Positions 9,042 through 18,676 of a stretch of 64,000 nucleotides of DNA are shown here, piece after piece. The stretch covers positions 509 through 64,508 of IMG/VR virus record IMGVR_UViG_3300040801_001812; one strand, written 5' to 3'. Numbering within the stretch: the first letter of the stretch is position 1; each line of letters begins with the position of its first letter. This stretch comes from a virus. The notes under the pieces were generated by a model. That model made no database searches. It was not told the origin of the DNA and worked only from the letters and a program-made list of their open reading frames with translations. The translations under genes and the position numbers were made by a program.

Positions 9042-9559
9042 TGGACCTCCGACACGTTGGTGATAGCCTGGAGGGCCAGCCTGAGGTCGCGAATATGACC
9101 ACTGAGCTGTTCGACCTGAAGGTGAGCGGCTCGGTTAGCCTGACGCTCATCCTCGATGACCCGCTGGAGAGTCTTGATGTCTGCCTCAAGAGACGCAATC
9201 TGGCTCATCCCCCGCTCCCTCTCCTGCTGAAAGGCAGCGATCTCAAGGTCTTTATAGGCGAGCTTCTCCTGGTACTCGTCCGTCAGAGTCGCTATATCCT
9301 CCTGGTGTGTTTCAACCAACTCCTCGTACGTAGTCTGGTCTTCCCTGGGCGGAAGAGACGTGTGGTTGGGGTTACCCGCAACGATATGGATCACCTGCCC
9401 AGGAATCGTGGTGATGTGATACTCAATCGGGTCAGACTCCGGGTCAAACTCCTCTAACAGCTCCTCGTCAATCATGAAGGGGTTGCGTTCCTCCATTTCT
9501 GGTGAAGAAGTCATCTCCTCAGCTCCAAGCGAACCACAACCACACCCATCCTTAATCAT
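9038..9559 (-). CDS. coiled-coil protein
   Basis: heptad-rich C-terminal half; start uncertain. Confidence 0.55.
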   Translation of the reverse strand: MIKDGCGCGSLGAEEMTSSPEMEERNPFMIDEELLEEFDPESDPIEYHITTIPGQVIHIVAGNPNHTSLPPREDQTTYEELVETHQEDIATLTDEYQEKLAYKDLEIAAFQQERERGMSQIASLEADIKTLQRVIEDERQANRAAHLQVEQLSGHIRDLRLALQAITNVSEVQ

Positions 9560-9599
9560 GATTTCTCCTCCTTTGTGTTCTTCATGTCATCCTCGTTCA

Positions 9600-10136
9600 T
9601 CACCTCGAAACCTCGAAGTCCTTAGCAAGCTGAGCGACACCATTACGCCACTCGGAGTCGGGCATCTCCAAGATGAGATCATGGATGGTGAGGGCTTCCT
9701 CGTTGTCGAAGTACTTGCGGAACATGGTGTGGATGCCCTCGGGCAGCAGCGTCCTGAAGTTCTCGTGCCACTGTTCATACTTACGGATGATCTCAAAGGC
9801 GTCAGTAAGCTCACCCTGAAGTCCGTCCAGAGCAGCCTGGTTACCGAGTGCCCACGACAAGAGCACGTTCACCATGTCGTGCATCCCCGCTGCCTCCTCG
9901 GGCACCATATCCTTGGGGATAGCATTCCGCAGGAGCTTGGTGGTCTTGCGGTTGGCGCTGATAATGGAACTCGTACGCCGGTCCAGATCAGCATACTCAC
10001 GGTCCCGTTGGGCGAGCTTCTCCTGTAGAAGCTCCACATCACTGTACTGCTCCATGGCAGAGTCGAGGATGTCGATGGCAGCAGCCAGGATCTGTTCGTT
10101 GTCGAATTCCTCGATGTACTGTTTCTTGTCACTCAT
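9600..10136 (-). CDS. coiled-coil protein
   Basis: ORF track, RBS GAAGG. Confidence 0.55.
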   Translation of the reverse strand: MSDKKQYIEEFDNEQILAAAIDILDSAMEQYSDVELLQEKLAQRDREYADLDRRTSSIISANRKTTKLLRNAIPKDMVPEEAAGMHDMVNVLLSWALGNQAALDGLQGELTDAFEIIRKYEQWHENFRTLLPEGIHTMFRKYFDNEEALTIHDLILEMPDSEWRNGVAQLAKDFEVSR

Positions 10137-10383
10137 CGAACACCTTCACTCCCCCGAACTCCACCTTGATGGGATGGGTGTTCGGGACCACAATCCCAGT
10201 AGTCGCTGTAAAGGTCTTGTGATCGATGAACCCAACAAGACCTGGGGAACGCCACCCGTTTGTACCAACGTGCGGCCTCTCCTCATCCTGATGGATGTAG
10301 ACTGTCTCCTCGGAGCCACAACCGGGGAGAGAACAACGATAGCTCTCTTGCTGAGTAACCCACCGCCACGTACGCTCACTCAT
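10129..10383 (-). CDS. hypothetical protein
   Basis: ORF track, RBS GGAG. Confidence 0.45.
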   Translation of the reverse strand: MSERTWRWVTQQESYRCSLPGCGSEETVYIHQDEERPHVGTNGWRSPGLVGFIDHKTFTATTGIVVPNTHPIKVEFGGVKVFDE

Positions 10384-10395
10384 ACTCCACTCCCT

Positions 10396-10617
10396 TCAGC
10401 AGAACGGCGACTCTTCGTTGAGCCAGTTCTCGAACCACTCCAACATATCACGCATGTTACGCCACGTGTTCTCGTCAGAGTCGCTATTGCCGGGTACGCC
10501 CAACCAGTCGGTCAGGGCACACGCAGCTCTGAGATGCCCATAGGCGATCTCCACCTCACGGTGGGCCATACGCCTAAGCATCACTCCCTCACTCATCGGA
10601 TCGCGCAGTGGGATCAT
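10396..10617 (-). CDS. hypothetical protein
   Basis: ORF track, RBS GGAGG. Confidence 0.45.
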   Translation of the reverse strand: MIPLRDPMSEGVMLRRMAHREVEIAYGHLRAACALTDWLGVPGNSDSDENTWRNMRDMLEWFENWLNEESPFC

Positions 10618-10651
10618 TAGTCCTCCAATCAGCCCGATGGTATCACAGTTA

Positions 10652-11002
10652 TCACTCGTTCACAAGCTGGAAGGACTGGTTGTCCTCGATAAACGTAGAG
10701 CCGACCTTCCCCTCTCCACAGGCGTACATGTGCACCACGTATTTGCCATCATAGCCTACGAAGACACCCGAGTCGATAGAACAGAGACCGGCGTAGCGTT
10801 CCGTCAACTGCCCATCGGTGAGGACCAGCAACACCTTGTCGTTCTCGCAGTCCTCTGCCTCCATGATCTGGGTAGCCTGGGGCTTGATAGTTACGCCCTC
10901 CTTCATCAAGTACGAAATGAAAACGACAAAAAGGATCGCCAAAACGACCGCGATCCAAACACCAACAACACCAACAACACCAATAAGATTTTCACGCGTC
11001 AT
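10652..11002 (-). CDS. N-terminally membrane-anchored protein
   Basis: LIGVVGVVGVWIAVVLAILFVVFISYLM TM segment. Confidence 0.55.
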   Translation of the reverse strand: MTRENLIGVVGVVGVWIAVVLAILFVVFISYLMKEGVTIKPQATQIMEAEDCENDKVLLVLTDGQLTERYAGLCSIDSGVFVGYDGKYVVHMYACGEGKVGSTFIEDNQSFQLVNE

Positions 11003-11018
11003 GACTCACTCCTCTTAG

Positions 11019-11306
11019 TCACAGTAGTTCTTTCTTGGCTTCTTCCAACATCTCGGCAGTAGCCTCGACATACGCCTCACGAGAACCACCGGGCCAAGGG
11101 GTGATCCTCACGTTATCCGCTTCCTTATCCCACGCACGCACCTTCGCACGCAAGTCAACGAGATCCTGTTGCGTAGTGAGGTGATCCATGGTCATGGCGT
11201 CCTTGAGGTCGTTGTTAATAGACCTGAGCACCTCCAACTTGTCGAGGAGTTCCAACACCTCTTCAGGTGTAGTGATGCCCCAACCCTCTAGCTCTGACCA
11301 CTTCAT
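11019..11306 (-). CDS. hypothetical protein
   Basis: ORF track, RBS GAGG. Confidence 0.5.
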   Translation of the reverse strand: MKWSELEGWGITTPEEVLELLDKLEVLRSINNDLKDAMTMDHLTTQQDLVDLRAKVRAWDKEADNVRITPWPGGSREAYVEATAEMLEEAKKELL

Positions 11307-11674
11307 TTGCCCTCCTCACTAGCTTGAAGGCTCTCCTCCAAGCACCTGAGAATCCACTCTGGTGTGAGCTGTGAATCCCCGCCCGCAATACCGCTGATAA
11401 TGATGGCACACAGGTTCCTGATGTCCTGCTGGAGATCCTCCAGCTTGTCGGTGAGCAGTTCCTCCTCGGTCGGAAAGCGGGAATCAATCATCTTTGATCT
11501 CCTCTACAAGAACATGAATCTTCCCGTCTTTGTGGTAAGGCACACCCACAATACCAACATTCTCCAAACGTGATCGAACCTCATTCAAATCCTCCCAAGG
11601 AACATCCTTGGCCCACTCCAACCACTGCTTCCACTCTTCAGGTGTACCGAATGCTTTCTCGGGGTGATCTTTGT

Positions 11675-12097
11675 CTATTGGTTGCATGAGCTTTTGTCCC
11701 TCTCCTTGCCCCACGACGTCTGCTTGTACGTCTCGACGAAATCCTCAATAGCCTTCTCAATATCCCCCCAAGACGCCTCCAACTGGTTGTTGGCCTGCTC
11801 CAACAGGTGAACAGCATCACGGAGCATATCCTCCATCATAGCCGCTCTGAGCGCATCTAATGACTCGGTCTTCTGGCAGAGGTGTTTCCACCAATCCCGC
11901 TCCTTAGCCTCCAAGGAGTAGGGATCCTGAGCCATCTTCTTCCAGTAGTCCCTCTCCTGGGCAGTGATGCGGTGCTCCTCCGTGAGCGCACTCTCAAGCG
12001 TGTCGATGTAGTTGGCCAGCTCAGTCTCCTGGCTCGGGCTGAGCGTTCGGTATGGGTCGTGCAGGATGGACTGCCACTTCTCTTCACTCATGCTCAT
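11675..12097 (-). CDS. hypothetical protein
   Basis: start MSMSEE at 12097 after GGAGG. Confidence 0.5.
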   Translation of the reverse strand: MSMSEEKWQSILHDPYRTLSPSQETELANYIDTLESALTEEHRITAQERDYWKKMAQDPYSLEAKERDWWKHLCQKTESLDALRAAMMEDMLRDAVHLLEQANNQLEASWGDIEKAIEDFVETYKQTSWGKERDKSSCNQ

Positions 12098-12449
12098 CCT
12101 CCTGGTGGAGCTTATCGTAGATCCGCTGAGCGGCCATGTAGAACTCATGGGCCTCTTTCTTCATGTCGTCACTCCAGTGAACGGCGTCCTCGTATCCGGG
12201 CCACCAGCCCAGCACGAAGCCGAGCACGTATCCCAGATCTTCACGGTTGACGGGCACTGTATCGCGCATCAGTCCTCCTCCACCCAGTCATTGGGGGAAC
12301 ATACTCTATCAAGATCTACGAGCACAGGCTTTGGGCGTATAAAGACTGCCCGTTGCACCGGAGGACCGCCTACCTCGGGCCACGATACCTCCACCCTGTA
12401 ACCAAGGGAGTACTTCATGAACAAGCTGGAATCCTGTGCGTCGAACGGG

Positions 12450-12632
12450 TCACTTAAGTAGCTCACGCTTCTTCTCCTCATAGAACTCGTCGTCAGGCCA
12501 TTCAGCAAACCCGTAGTGGTCATCCTCCCACGTGATCCAGCCGTACTTACCCCCATAGTAGAGGAAAGCCGCATAGCCTAACCCCATAAGTACGATGAAC
12601 AGGAAAACAGCGACGATGGCGGTATCAATCAT
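12450..12632 (-). CDS. small membrane protein
   Basis: TAIVAVFLFIVLMGLGYAAFLYY TM segment. Confidence 0.5.
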   Translation of the reverse strand: MIDTAIVAVFLFIVLMGLGYAAFLYYGGKYGWITWEDDHYGFAEWPDDEFYEEKKRELLK

Positions 12633-12934
12633 AGCATCCGACCAGTTATGGCGTAGTGACGTGCCTTGAGCTTCTCGATCTCCTCCATCAGGTCTGCGAC
12701 CTCTTCGAGACCCGGATCCTCATCGAAGAGTTTTGCTGAGATACGCTCGATATCCTTCAGCTTATCCTCGTGAGACGAAGTATGATCCCTACACGTGAGA
12801 GAGATGGAACACACCGCAGAACGGGCATTGCCCATACGCTTCTCTATGAGGTCGATGTAGTCGGCAATCTCGCACATCTGCCCCTCAGAGATGTAGCAAT
12901 TCGGATCACGAAGGCGGTCTTGCCAGTTCATCAT
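12629..12934 (-). CDS. hypothetical protein
   Basis: ORF track, RBS GGAG. Confidence 0.5.
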   Translation of the reverse strand: MMNWQDRLRDPNCYISEGQMCEIADYIDLIEKRMGNARSAVCSISLTCRDHTSSHEDKLKDIERISAKLFDEDPGLEEVADLMEEIEKLKARHYAITGRML

Positions 12935-13316
12935 CGCTCCCTTGCTGCGCGGAAGGTGAAGTCGTCCGCTGCGTAGTCGTACTCGTCCTCAGAGAGGTCA
13001 ATAATCTCGTCCATGCACCTGCCACAAAGCGCATACCGATTTCCATTATCGGCAACGTCGTCATGGTAGACCCCGCATCTTGGGCAGGCACGGAGCTTAC
13101 TCGTTGAGTTCGCATGAGCTGACATCGATGTCCTCCAGATCCGATTCATGGATCTCTTCCCAGGCAACGTTGTCTGTGTCGAGGCGTGAGAAGTCGCCTG
13201 CGATCTCCATGGCTTCCTCTTCGGTATCTGCCTGGATGCAGATGGTCCCACGGCTCCTGTATTCAGCGTCAAACATGTATTCAGGCATCTCTAGTCCTCC
13301 GATCTTTTTGATGGTA

Positions 13317-13724
13317 TCACGGTTTCTCAGGCTCTGCAACAGGCTTGAGGGAGATCGACGATCCACTCTTGGAGAACGACCACCAACCGTGAGCCATGCC
13401 ACCCTCTACCCGCCTCACGAACTCGACGATGTACTCCATGTTGAGGTAGTAACGTGGAGGGCGCTCTCTCCCTGTGCCCAGCCTCTCCAACTCGAAGTAG
13501 GCAGCACTACGCCCCCTGTGCCAGTCGGTCAGCCTGAATGACGCCTCAAACACGGCATCCGCACTCGCCCAGAGGAAACGGGTGGGGTCGTTCAACTCAT
13601 CGAATAGGTCGTCCGGGTCATAACCGTGGATATCCCTGACCATATCCCCCCTTCGCTTGCCATAGCGCTGGTCGGCGTTCTCGTCCATGATGTGAACGGG
13701 CACCATACGATTCCATTTCGCCAT
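13317..13724 (-). CDS. hypothetical protein
   Basis: ORF track, RBS GGAG. Confidence 0.5.
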   Translation of the reverse strand: MAKWNRMVPVHIMDENADQRYGKRRGDMVRDIHGYDPDDLFDELNDPTRFLWASADAVFEASFRLTDWHRGRSAAYFELERLGTGRERPPRYYLNMEYIVEFVRRVEGGMAHGWWSFSKSGSSISLKPVAEPEKP

Positions 13725-13745
13725 AATCTACACTCCCATTCCGCC

Positions 13746-14093
13746 TTAGCTCCCCACAGGTTCGAAGTTGTGGGCGTTCCACTTGTACACGTACATCGGG
13801 CAGTCATCCCCCCACTCCTCCATGAACTCCTGAGTGGGCTTAACCTCTACGATAAGCCCCAGGTCCAGCAGAATGTCGAAGTCCTCACAGAACCCGTCCT
13901 CTGGTGGGCACGCCTGCTCAAGGAACTTACGGTGGGCGATAAGCTCACTGTAAATCTGATCCGCCGTAGCGATGACGCGCACGTCGGTACCAGCAGAGCT
14001 GCACCACTCCTCCAAGACCGTGATGCAGGCGTTCTCCTCTTCCAGCTTGGTGTCATACCCATCGGCGTGGGCATCTACCAGAAACTTAGGCAT
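13746..14093 (-). CDS. hypothetical protein
   Basis: start MPKFLV at 14093 after GGAG. Confidence 0.5.
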   Translation of the reverse strand: MPKFLVDAHADGYDTKLEEENACITVLEEWCSSAGTDVRVIATADQIYSELIAHRKFLEQACPPEDGFCEDFDILLDLGLIVEVKPTQEFMEEWGDDCPMYVYKWNAHNFEPVGS

Positions 14094-14331
14094 CAGGGTC
14101 TCCTTCCGTGTTCTCCACATGGGCGAGGATGCTGTTGACCTCCTCCGTGGTCAGATTGACAGACCAAATGCCCGCGAAGGCATCATTCTGCACCCTGTCC
14201 TTAACCAGCCTCAAGAGACGCCTGGACTCATGCAGCTCCTCGGCAGCACGGCTGAGATGCTTAGCGGCCCACGGGCAGTCATCAGCCCCGTAGTCTCGGG
14301 CCTCTTCCCGCAAAAAGGTGACAACGTCCAT
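14086..14331 (-). CDS. hypothetical protein
   Basis: ORF track, RBS GAGG. Confidence 0.45.
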   Translation of the reverse strand: MDVVTFLREEARDYGADDCPWAAKHLSRAAEELHESRRLLRLVKDRVQNDAFAGIWSVNLTTEEVNSILAHVENTEGDPDA

Positions 14332-15038
14332 TATTCCTCCCCTTTAATGGCGGCGCGGAGCCGATCCGTCAAGCCCCCATACGAACCGCAGTTGTCCGGG
14401 TCCTGTTCTGCGTAGTCAACTGCCGGGAGGGACTCTTTAATGAGCCTCCGCGCCTCGGCAAGCTCGGCCTCAAGCTCCCGCACCTTCTCCTCGGCAGCTT
14501 CTTTCCGTTTCTTGATGATGGAGATGTAGGTGTAGAGATCGGTTGACTCTGCCGCCCGTTTATCAAATTTGCGGAGTATGGCGTTATCGTAGTCCGCTAT
14601 TTCGTCCCGCGCCTCGGCAAGCTCCTGTTCTAGCACGGCGATGTGGTCGTCCTTCTCCACCTCGGCCCGCGCGAAGTTGGCGATGGTTTCAGCGTCTTCC
14701 TCGCGCCACTGTTTCAGCTCTTTCACCCGCGCCTCAAGCTCCGCGATGCGGTGAGATCCAGTGTACCCGGACGGCGGGAGCGGGAGCAGGTCTTTCGCCC
14801 CGCGCAACAATGCGGCGATAGCGGCGAACGGAGTTGCGGATCCATCGGGCGCAACTGCAATCCCGAGAGCTTCGTCAATCCTCCACCTGATCCTCCTGAT
14901 GTCCTCCTCTAGCTCTTTCACCTGCGCCTCAAGCTCCCGCACCTGCTTTTTCAGTTCCTCCTCGCAACTGTGGTCACCCGGTTCATACATTTCCTTGCCA
15001 CATACCGGACAGTAAACATGCCCCGGCTGCACCATCAC
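14331..15038 (-). CDS. Ead/Ea22-like coiled-coil protein with N-terminal CxxC zinc knuckle
   Basis: YCPVCG...HSC; repeated (I/V)xELEA segments. Confidence 0.55.
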   Translation of the reverse strand: MMVQPGHVYCPVCGKEMYEPGDHSCEEELKKQVRELEAQVKELEEDIRRIRWRIDEALGIAVAPDGSATPFAAIAALLRGAKDLLPLPPSGYTGSHRIAELEARVKELKQWREEDAETIANFARAEVEKDDHIAVLEQELAEARDEIADYDNAILRKFDKRAAESTDLYTYISIIKKRKEAAEEKVRELEAELAEARRLIKESLPAVDYAEQDPDNCGSYGGLTDRLRAAIKGEE

Positions 15039-15223
15039 TCACCTCCGTCGATCTTCGCCAGCAGGGTGCAGATATCGTCTTCCAGCTTGATCGGCATGTC
15101 GGGACACGCGATCAGAAAACGACGCAACAACTCCACCGCCTCGTCGCGCTGGGCGCGGAGGCAGTCGATTTCGGACTCAAGACAACGCCTCAGTTCGATG
15201 CTGTTCATAGGTCGTCCCATCAC
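15035..15223 (-). CDS. small hypothetical protein
   Basis: ORF track; bounded by identical 18-bp junction sequences. Confidence 0.45.
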   Translation of the reverse strand: MMGRPMNSIELRRCLESEIDCLRAQRDEAVELLRRFLIACPDMPIKLEDDICTLLAKIDGGE

Positions 15224-15540
15224 TCACCTCCGTCCCCATCTTGGGTCTGATCGTTCCCGCCTGGGTAGCGGCGGAGTAGTTTCTCGGGGGCGATGTGCGG
15301 GTGGTGGTGATACATACATTCCATCCACTCCCGCGCCTCCTCAGCCCACGCCGCCATGCGTGCTGCCCAGACGGGGCAGAGGTCCGTGTGATCACGATTA
15401 ACCTGATCCCTGCGACAGAGCCAATCGACAGGGGTCTTGTCTGCCCACCGAAAAAAGTCATAGGCACACGGACACCCCGCATCGCAGTACGCAACCCCAT
15501 CCACCATCCTCGGTTTGATGTCTGGCAATTCATTGCTCAC
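15220..15540 (-). CDS. Cys-containing hypothetical protein
   Basis: GTG start at 15540; YCDAGCPC. Confidence 0.45.
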   Translation of the reverse strand: MSNELPDIKPRMVDGVAYCDAGCPCAYDFFRWADKTPVDWLCRRDQVNRDHTDLCPVWAARMAAWAEEAREWMECMYHHHPHIAPEKLLRRYPGGNDQTQDGDGGE

Positions 15541-15544
15541 GTCG

Positions 15545-15877
15545 TCACTCCTCCTCCTCTTCCTCATCATCATACGAACGCTCACGCATGGCGTCAATGC
15601 GCTCATCACCATACGGCTCCATCTTGAACTCGTGAAGCACGTGCTCGCCCTGCCAGCATGCCCGTGTGGCATCCTTCTCCTCCTGCGTCTCGGCTGTGAA
15701 AGCATAAGATTTCTTGTGGTCGTCCTCCAGGCTATAAGGGTCGATATCCCCGAAGGCATCAACGAAAGCCTTGTGTTGTTTGGACGTCAGACGGAGCTTG
15801 ATCTCCACCCCATCCGAACAGTCCGATACGGATCTCACGCAAGACCACAGCATACGGATCACGTCTTTGTCGGTCAC
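15545..15877 (-). CDS. hypothetical protein with acidic tail
   Basis: ORF track, RBS GGAGG. Confidence 0.5.
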   Translation of the reverse strand: MTDKDVIRMLWSCVRSVSDCSDGVEIKLRLTSKQHKAFVDAFGDIDPYSLEDDHKKSYAFTAETQEEKDATRACWQGEHVLHEFKMEPYGDERIDAMRERSYDDEEEEEE

Positions 15878-16058
15878 CGTAACCTCCTAGTGCTTGGGGG
15901 CGTCGTAGGGCGAAGGCCCCTCCAGCATCTTCTCCAAATCGATGAACTGTCGTTCCGTCAATGTGATGGACAATGTCACCATTTTCGGAGCACTAACATT
16001 ATTCCACTTCTTGGTTGAAAACGCAAGGAACCACTCCATCCACCGCCGCTCTCTACTC

Positions 16059-16268
16059 TTAGCCACACATCTCCTCCATTCCTTTCAGAATAGTGTCTAT
16101 GTCCTCCAACTCCAGATGGATGAACCAGTGCTCAGCCTCATCCGAAATGTGAGGAGCCAAGGACGGCACACCACTATACAAATCTGCCATGTGGAACTGG
16201 GTGCGCCAAAAGCAACAACGAATGAACTGTATACGCTCACGCGGGCTGAGCTGAGCAAAAGGCATCAT
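16059..16268 (-). CDS. small hypothetical protein
   Basis: ORF track. Confidence 0.45.
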   Translation of the reverse strand: MMPFAQLSPRERIQFIRCCFWRTQFHMADLYSGVPSLAPHISDEAEHWFIHLELEDIDTILKGMEEMCG

Positions 16269-16642
16269 TTCTCGTGTGCCCCCTTCACCTGCTCAACAAC
16301 ATCCCCGAGCACCTCACTGAGGCAGGCACCCCCGTTGTAGAACTGCACAGCGTAGCTGATGCTGCCATCCTCGTTGAGCGTACCCTCCTCGAATCCCTCG
16401 TCACCCAGGTCTCGATCATCCAACAACCAGATATCATCTCCGATAACGACGTACTTGTCGCGAAAATGGTCATGCTCAAGGAAGGTATCCAACCACGTCA
16501 TCTTCTTCCCGTTGTAACTCCACTCCCCCTGCGGGAGATGGTGGACCTTACAGAGGTACTCTGCCTTCTTCTCCAACGTGTTGTGGACCTTACGGAAGGC
16601 CAGGGGCTTGATCGTACCGATGTGCGTCTCTGTGTGGCTCAT
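16265..16642 (-). CDS. conserved phage protein (FYNGG motif)
   Basis: MSHTETHIGTIK...YAVQFYNGGACLSEVL; start 16642 after GGAGG. Confidence 0.55.
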   Translation of the reverse strand: MSHTETHIGTIKPLAFRKVHNTLEKKAEYLCKVHHLPQGEWSYNGKKMTWLDTFLEHDHFRDKYVVIGDDIWLLDDRDLGDEGFEEGTLNEDGSISYAVQFYNGGACLSEVLGDVVEQVKGAHEK

Positions 16643-16839
16643 ACGTCCTCCTTGAACATGTTCTCTACCAGCTCCTCTGCACGCACAATCGTCTCCACGG
16701 CAGCGCGTAACGTAGGCATTGAGCACTGAGTCTCGAATGAGTTCACTGTGTACACCCTCTGACGCTGCCCATCGACCAGATCGTTGCTCACGTTCTCCCA
16801 ATGCTCCTCAAGCCAGTCGAGGATCTCCGTGTCGGTCAT
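16639..16839 (-). CDS. small phage protein (TD.E.LDWLE motif)
   Basis: MTDTEILDWLEEH...TLRAAVE. Confidence 0.5.
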   Translation of the reverse strand: MTDTEILDWLEEHWENVSNDLVDGQRQRVYTVNSFETQCSMPTLRAAVETIVRAEELVENMFKEDV

Positions 16840-17189
16840 ATCAGCACCCAGTCCTTTCCTGTGCACATTACGGTCACCGCCTCGTGTGAACAGTTCTTGA
16901 TGGTGATGCACCTACGACGATCCCACTCATGCGCGGGTGGAAGAGTAACGGCCCTATCGGTGATGACCACGTCGGTCATGATAGGTACTTCGTCTCCCTC
17001 CAAGTGGAGGAGTTCGTTCACGTCTGCCGAGGAGCACGTCCAGAGCGGTTCACCACCCAACAGCTCGGGGCTGACCTCTGTCTGGAGAGGTTGCTTACCG
17101 GCTGGGGGACTGAGCTTATCCAGCTCAATACCCGCCACAGCAGCAGCGGGCACACCAACGAGCGCCTGAAGGAATCCTCTACGGTTCAT
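16836..17189 (-). CDS. protein with twin-arginine (Tat)-like N-terminus
   Basis: MNRRGFLQALVGVPAAAVAG. Confidence 0.55.
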   Translation of the reverse strand: MNRRGFLQALVGVPAAAVAGIELDKLSPPAGKQPLQTEVSPELLGGEPLWTCSSADVNELLHLEGDEVPIMTDVVITDRAVTLPPAHEWDRRRCITIKNCSHEAVTVMCTGKDWVLI

Positions 17190-17192
17190 CGT

Positions 17193-17393
17193 CTACTCCC
17201 ACTTGTCGAGGTACAGCTCACACGCTTCCTCGAAAGTATCCCTCCACACAAAGGCAACACGATCTCCTCCATCGGGGATACACACCCACCACTCAAGATC
17301 CAAGTAGTAGATCTTCCGGTTCATGAACGCGGCTAAGAGCTTACGCAGGACGTTGATCTCGCTCTCTGCATCGTTGAAGTACTCGTTGAACAT
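17193..17393 (-). CDS. small hypothetical protein
   Basis: ORF track, RBS GAGG. Confidence 0.45.
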   Translation of the reverse strand: MFNEYFNDAESEINVLRKLLAAFMNRKIYYLDLEWWVCIPDGGDRVAFVWRDTFEEACELYLDKWE

Positions 17394-17785
17394 CAGACCT
17401 CTCTCCCTTCCATGTCATCGGTGATCGTATCGTCTACGTAGATAACCTCTGCCTTCTCGAAGAAGGGACAGTGATAGTCCGATGGGATGTTGAACACGAA
17501 CAGGTTGTCGGGTATACGTGATGTACATGCTCCCCTGAGCACGATAGGTCCTACGTAGATGGGTTCATTGTCTTCGTTGTGCTCGATGGGGTCTGTCTCC
17601 TGGTCATAAACACTGTAATGACTACAGTTAGCACAAGACTCTCCTGGGGTCGTGGAACGGGCGGCTAGCTTAAAGTCTTTGTTATCAACTACTTTGATCG
17701 GACCTATGTGAACAAGCACGGGGATGTCTGCTAATGGGTTATCCATGATGGTATCCTCGTATTCTTCATTTGGTTGTAGGTACAT
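17393..17785 (-). CDS. Cys-rich hypothetical protein
   Basis: CANCSHY...GACT...YHCPFFE. Confidence 0.5.
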   Translation of the reverse strand: MYLQPNEEYEDTIMDNPLADIPVLVHIGPIKVVDNKDFKLAARSTTPGESCANCSHYSVYDQETDPIEHNEDNEPIYVGPIVLRGACTSRIPDNLFVFNIPSDYHCPFFEKAEVIYVDDTITDDMEGREV

Positions 17786-17985
17786 GCAATATTAGTTGTA
17801 GATCCATATAAAATGAACTGGGCGTGAATCCAAGTGTTTGAGTAACCCTGGTTGGGGATTTGGTGGGTTGGGTTTTGGCTGACTTGGTGGTGGGGTGTGA
17901 TGATGAGATGCGGTTGGTCCCCCTTAACGGGGGATTATCTTGATGCCAACCGGGGTTTTCGTTGTTATATCTCATGGTGTGCCCC

Positions 17986-18014
17986 ACTATGGTGTATTTC
18001 TGGGGGTTTGTCAA
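17986..18014 (-). promoter_or_regulatory. sigma70-type promoter just beyond the distal end of the repeat array
   Basis: minus strand TTGACA-N17-CATAGT. Confidence 0.6.
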
Positions 18015-18018
18015 CTGT

Positions 18019-18676
18019 TAGGGCACTCGGGGGGCATGTTCTTCGCTGATCTTGGTTCACTCGTCGAAGCTGCTCTTTTGGGACGTTGGTTCGCTCTATT
18101 CATTTGCTCTTCCAAGATCGTGGTTCACTCCTCAACAGGTGCTCTTCCTCTATTATGGTTCACTCCCACGCGCTGCTCTTCGATGTGTGTGGTCCACTCC
18201 GTACCTATGCTCTTCGGATGTGATGGTTCACTCGGTGGTATTGCTATTCACTTGCCGTGGTTCACTCTCTCCAGTCTTGCTCATCGGTCGATTTGGTTCA
18301 CTCTACCATTGTGCTATTCGTAAACCTTGGTTCACTCCGAGGAAGTGCTCTTCCTTTATTGTGGTTCACTCACTGAGGATGCTCTTCAGGGGTGATGATT
18401 CACTCTTGTACATTGCTACTCCCACGTCGGTGGTTCACTCCCGTAGTATGTAATTTCCCAACACAATGGTTCACTCCGGCTGGGTGCTCTTTTGGTTTTG
18501 TGGTTCACTCAGGTATCACGCTCTTCCTCGATTATGGTTCACTTGCCGTGAATGCTCTTCCACTCTACTGGTTCACTCGTCTACCGTGCTCTTCGCGCTC
18601 CGCTGGTTCACTCAAAAGAACTGCTCTACTCGAACCTTGGTTCACTCTTCATTGGTGCTCTACTCAATCCGTGGTT
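18019..18676 (-). ncRNA. TIGR-like dual-repeat guide-RNA array (19 units of ~34 nt)
   Basis: sense (minus) unit GAGTGAACCA-N8-GAAGAGCA-N8; 18 copies of the 10-nt repeat at 18053-18638 (14 exact) plus a partial copy at 18672 and a degenerate copy at 18019; spacing mostly 34 nt (34-36); spacers non-repeating; abuts a Nop-domain gene. Confidence 0.88.

Noticed and set aside
18019-18676. CRISPR array
   Set aside because: The repeats are only 8-10 nt, of two alternating types, with ~8-nt spacers; no cas genes in the window.
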